64,000 nucleotides of DNA from an uncultured Bacteroidia bacterium. GTDB lineage: Bacteria; Bacteroidota; Bacteroidia; NS11-12g; UBA955. The position numbers and the translations under genes were made by a program. The stretch is taken from the NCBI GenBank assembly GCA_943788195.1, contig CALSPH010000001.1:829467-893466 (forward strand). The letters run 5' to 3'. Positions within the stretch are counted from its first letter, which is position 1. Each line of letters begins with the position of its first letter. Below are positions 62,149 to 64,000 of this stretch, in pieces. The notes under the pieces are model-generated. The model saw only the letters and a program-made list of their open reading frames with translations. It had not been told where the DNA came from and did not search any database.

Positions 62149-63479
62149 GCATAAGCGCTTGCAGCACTTATACGGGTCGTATTATGGCTTTGCAATGCAG
62201 AGACTGCTGAGTTGAAGTTGCCAATCCCATTTACATAGCTATACCCACTGCGTTCTGCTGTGGCAGAGCTGGTCAATAGAGATTGTTGACTGGTATAAAT
62301 TCCACTCATTCTACTACTTGCAAAAGATGAAGTAATAAATGACTTGATATGGGTCTTATAGGTTGCTTCATATGTATTATCCGCAATCAAGAAGCTGAGT
62401 AAAGGCCAGTCTGTGCCAACTTCGGACATGCTCAACGATACTGCACCACCTTGTTTACCCGTTTGAAACGCTTCATTATTATCCCATACAATCCATTTAA
62501 TTAATCCATCTTTTGGATCGTGATAGAGATAATAATTATGGCTCATTTTACCATTCGTATCCCAGTTTTGAATGGTGTTATTTACCGCCAAGTATTTAAG
62601 AAACCCATCTACATCAAACACCCTTTCTAAATTACTTCTCCATTGTGCAGCATCCGAAGTACGTAAAGAAGAATGTAAAATGTCATACATTTCTTGGATT
62701 TCACTTCGGTCCGCTATAGTTTCATTCGTCTTTAACTCAAAATCATTCAGTGTAAAATTACTTGCGGCAAATTGTGCTCCATCGCCATCAGGTTTATAGC
62801 AGTTGCCCGAATTACTGCCAAACCAATCATCTAGAAAGGTATCGTCTACCATTTCGAGGACCGTATATAATCCATAGTATTCTAAGGTCCCAGAACCATT
62901 GTCTATATAAATTTCGTAAAATACGGTTCGTACTGCTGGAACCCCAAAATCTCTAAATACATCGCAGGCAGACTTTTCTCGCATCAATGCGGCATCATTA
63001 TAATTACTGCTTAAAGAAAGGTCTTTAAAACCGTAGAACCGCTGGTTTTGAATTTCTGGAAACTCATCTTCCCATTTATCAAATTTTAAGCGCAAAGGAA
63101 GTTTGCCACTTCGTGCATTAAGGGAGGAATTGCCTTTATATCTAATTCCCACATTGTTCCATACTAAATCATTGAACCTTACAATACAATGAAAATAGTC
63201 TGGATTTTCATCATTAAACTGTCCAGGAGGTCCTCCACCTCTTTGTTTCGTGCTTAAGTCAGTTTGCATGGCCTGCCATTCAGCTGAAGTAAAAATGAAC
63301 TCGAGACGGTTCACTTTTGATTCATCAAAAACGATTTTATAATTTGCAGGAAATCCATTGGAATGACTGGCAGAATTGACAATAACATCACTATCTGCTA
63401 CAAAAATTTGTTTTTTGCAACCAGGTACAACGATAAAAAGTAGTGCAGCAATTGAAATATTTATTAATACTCTTTTCAT
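62142..63479 (-). CDS. CotH-family (atypical kinase fold) lipoprotein
   Basis: 445 aa. Lipobox (VVPGC). CotH-region conservation 'YYGLYTVLEMVDDTFLDDWFG...NYYLYHDPKDG...WDNNEAF'. Confidence 0.7.
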   Translation of the reverse strand: MKRVLINISIAALLFIVVPGCKKQIFVADSDVIVNSASHSNGFPANYKIVFDESKVNRLEFIFTSAEWQAMQTDLSTKQRGGGPPGQFNDENPDYFHCIVRFNDLVWNNVGIRYKGNSSLNARSGKLPLRLKFDKWEDEFPEIQNQRFYGFKDLSLSSNYNDAALMREKSACDVFRDFGVPAVRTVFYEIYIDNGSGTLEYYGLYTVLEMVDDTFLDDWFGSNSGNCYKPDGDGAQFAASNFTLNDFELKTNETIADRSEIQEMYDILHSSLRTSDAAQWRSNLERVFDVDGFLKYLAVNNTIQNWDTNGKMSHNYYLYHDPKDGLIKWIVWDNNEAFQTGKQGGAVSLSMSEVGTDWPLLSFLIADNTYEATYKTHIKSFITSSFASSRMSGIYTSQQSLLTSSATAERSGYSYVNGIGNFNSAVSALQSHNTTRISAASAYAQ

Positions 63480-64000
63480 TTCTTTTTTCTTTTTAAGGTG
63501 TATTGGTAGTTGAAGCCAATTACGTTCGTCAATTGCGGGTAGCTCTTATTAAGCTCTTTTTCCATTCTAAAAAAGAAGCTCAATTCTCCTGCTTTCTTTG
63601 TCTCATAACTAGTTCCAATGGTTCCTCTTATTTTACTAAAGGCCCCATTCGTTCCAATGGTTCTAAAAATCTCGCCAGAAAGAACCGGGTCAATTTTCCA
63701 TTTTTTTATATTGTACGCTCCGCCAACTTTAAGCCTCAATTTTTTAGTAGGGTCATTATTGATAGAGGCTGTTTGGCCCATCTCTTTGCTACTTTGATAC
63801 TGAAATCTGTATTTGAACTCAAATCGATTCACTTTATGACTGAACTGAGCGTTTAGTGCATGTCTTAAATGGTTTTCATAGCCTTGAACTTTACCTTCAT
63901 TGTCATTGGATCGTATAAAACGAAGTTCTGCACCAAGCTTTAATGGCTTTGCTATTTTGTAGGTAAAGAAACCTTCCGTAAAGTATTTGTCTACTTCTGA
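63476..64000 (-). CDS. DUF2490-like β-rich protein, partial (the N-terminus lies beyond the window end)
   Basis: The minus-strand frame is open to base 64000. β-strand-rich, Lys-rich C-terminus. 4-nt overlap with the CotH gene start. Confidence 0.45.
   Translation of the reverse strand, partial: SEVDKYFTEGFFTYKIAKPLKLGAELRFIRSNDNEGKVQGYENHLRHALNAQFSHKVNRFEFKYRFQYQSSKEMGQTASINNDPTKKLRLKVGGAYNIKKWKIDPVLSGEIFRTIGTNGAFSKIRGTIGTSYETKKAGELSFFFRMEKELNKSYPQLTNVIGFNYQYTLKRKKK

Noticed and set aside
1-64000. CRISPR arrays, rRNA genes, integrases/transposases or prophage blocks
   Set aside because: No regularly spaced direct repeats and no rRNA-like conserved stretches were seen. No recombinase or transposase-like ORFs were seen in any frame. 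Only the single tRNA was found.

Overview
This 64 kb window reads as a Bacteroidota (Bacteroidetes) chromosomal segment. The assignment rests on T9SS C-terminal-sorting-domain proteins, PorV-like and other outer-membrane β-barrel proteins, a GH3-family protein, DUF1599 and CotH, and TAnnTTTG-type -7 promoter boxes.

The housekeeping genes are intact and compactly arranged: dnaE (C-terminal end), uvrC, metG, folA, tyrS, accD, gcvH, fbaB, lgt, gatB, alaS, pdxJ, dnaN, prmA, thyA, hup, aroK and folP. One tRNA-Leu(GAG) sits on the minus strand, directly downstream of folA.

The most striking pattern is that at least seven envelope, secreted or accessory genes are disrupted while every core gene is clean:
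- A lipoprotein alpha-2-macroglobulin gene is shattered by ≥11 frameshifts.
- Its conserved partner, the PBP1C gene pbpC, carries a +1 insertion.
- A PorV-like outer-membrane protein (OMP) gene has two in-frame TAA codons.
- A large DUF7948–Fn3–β-barrel gene has a TAA nonsense codon, a CCAG tandem duplication and an out-of-frame C8 tract.
- An AlbA_2/Schlafen-like gene, a second OMP gene and a small secreted-protein gene are also frameshifted.

This points either to ongoing genome decay restricted to surface and accessory functions, or to localised assembly errors. The pattern is the main item to verify.

Other points of interest:
- A tight tyrS–flavin reductase–MeaB(G3E GTPase)–FMN reductase operon with no mutase nearby.
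- A c-type-cytochrome-motif FG-GAP lipoprotein whose start overlaps the metG stop.
- An aroK–ABC permease–DoxX/thioredoxin-like operon.

No CRISPR array, rRNA or obvious mobile element was seen.
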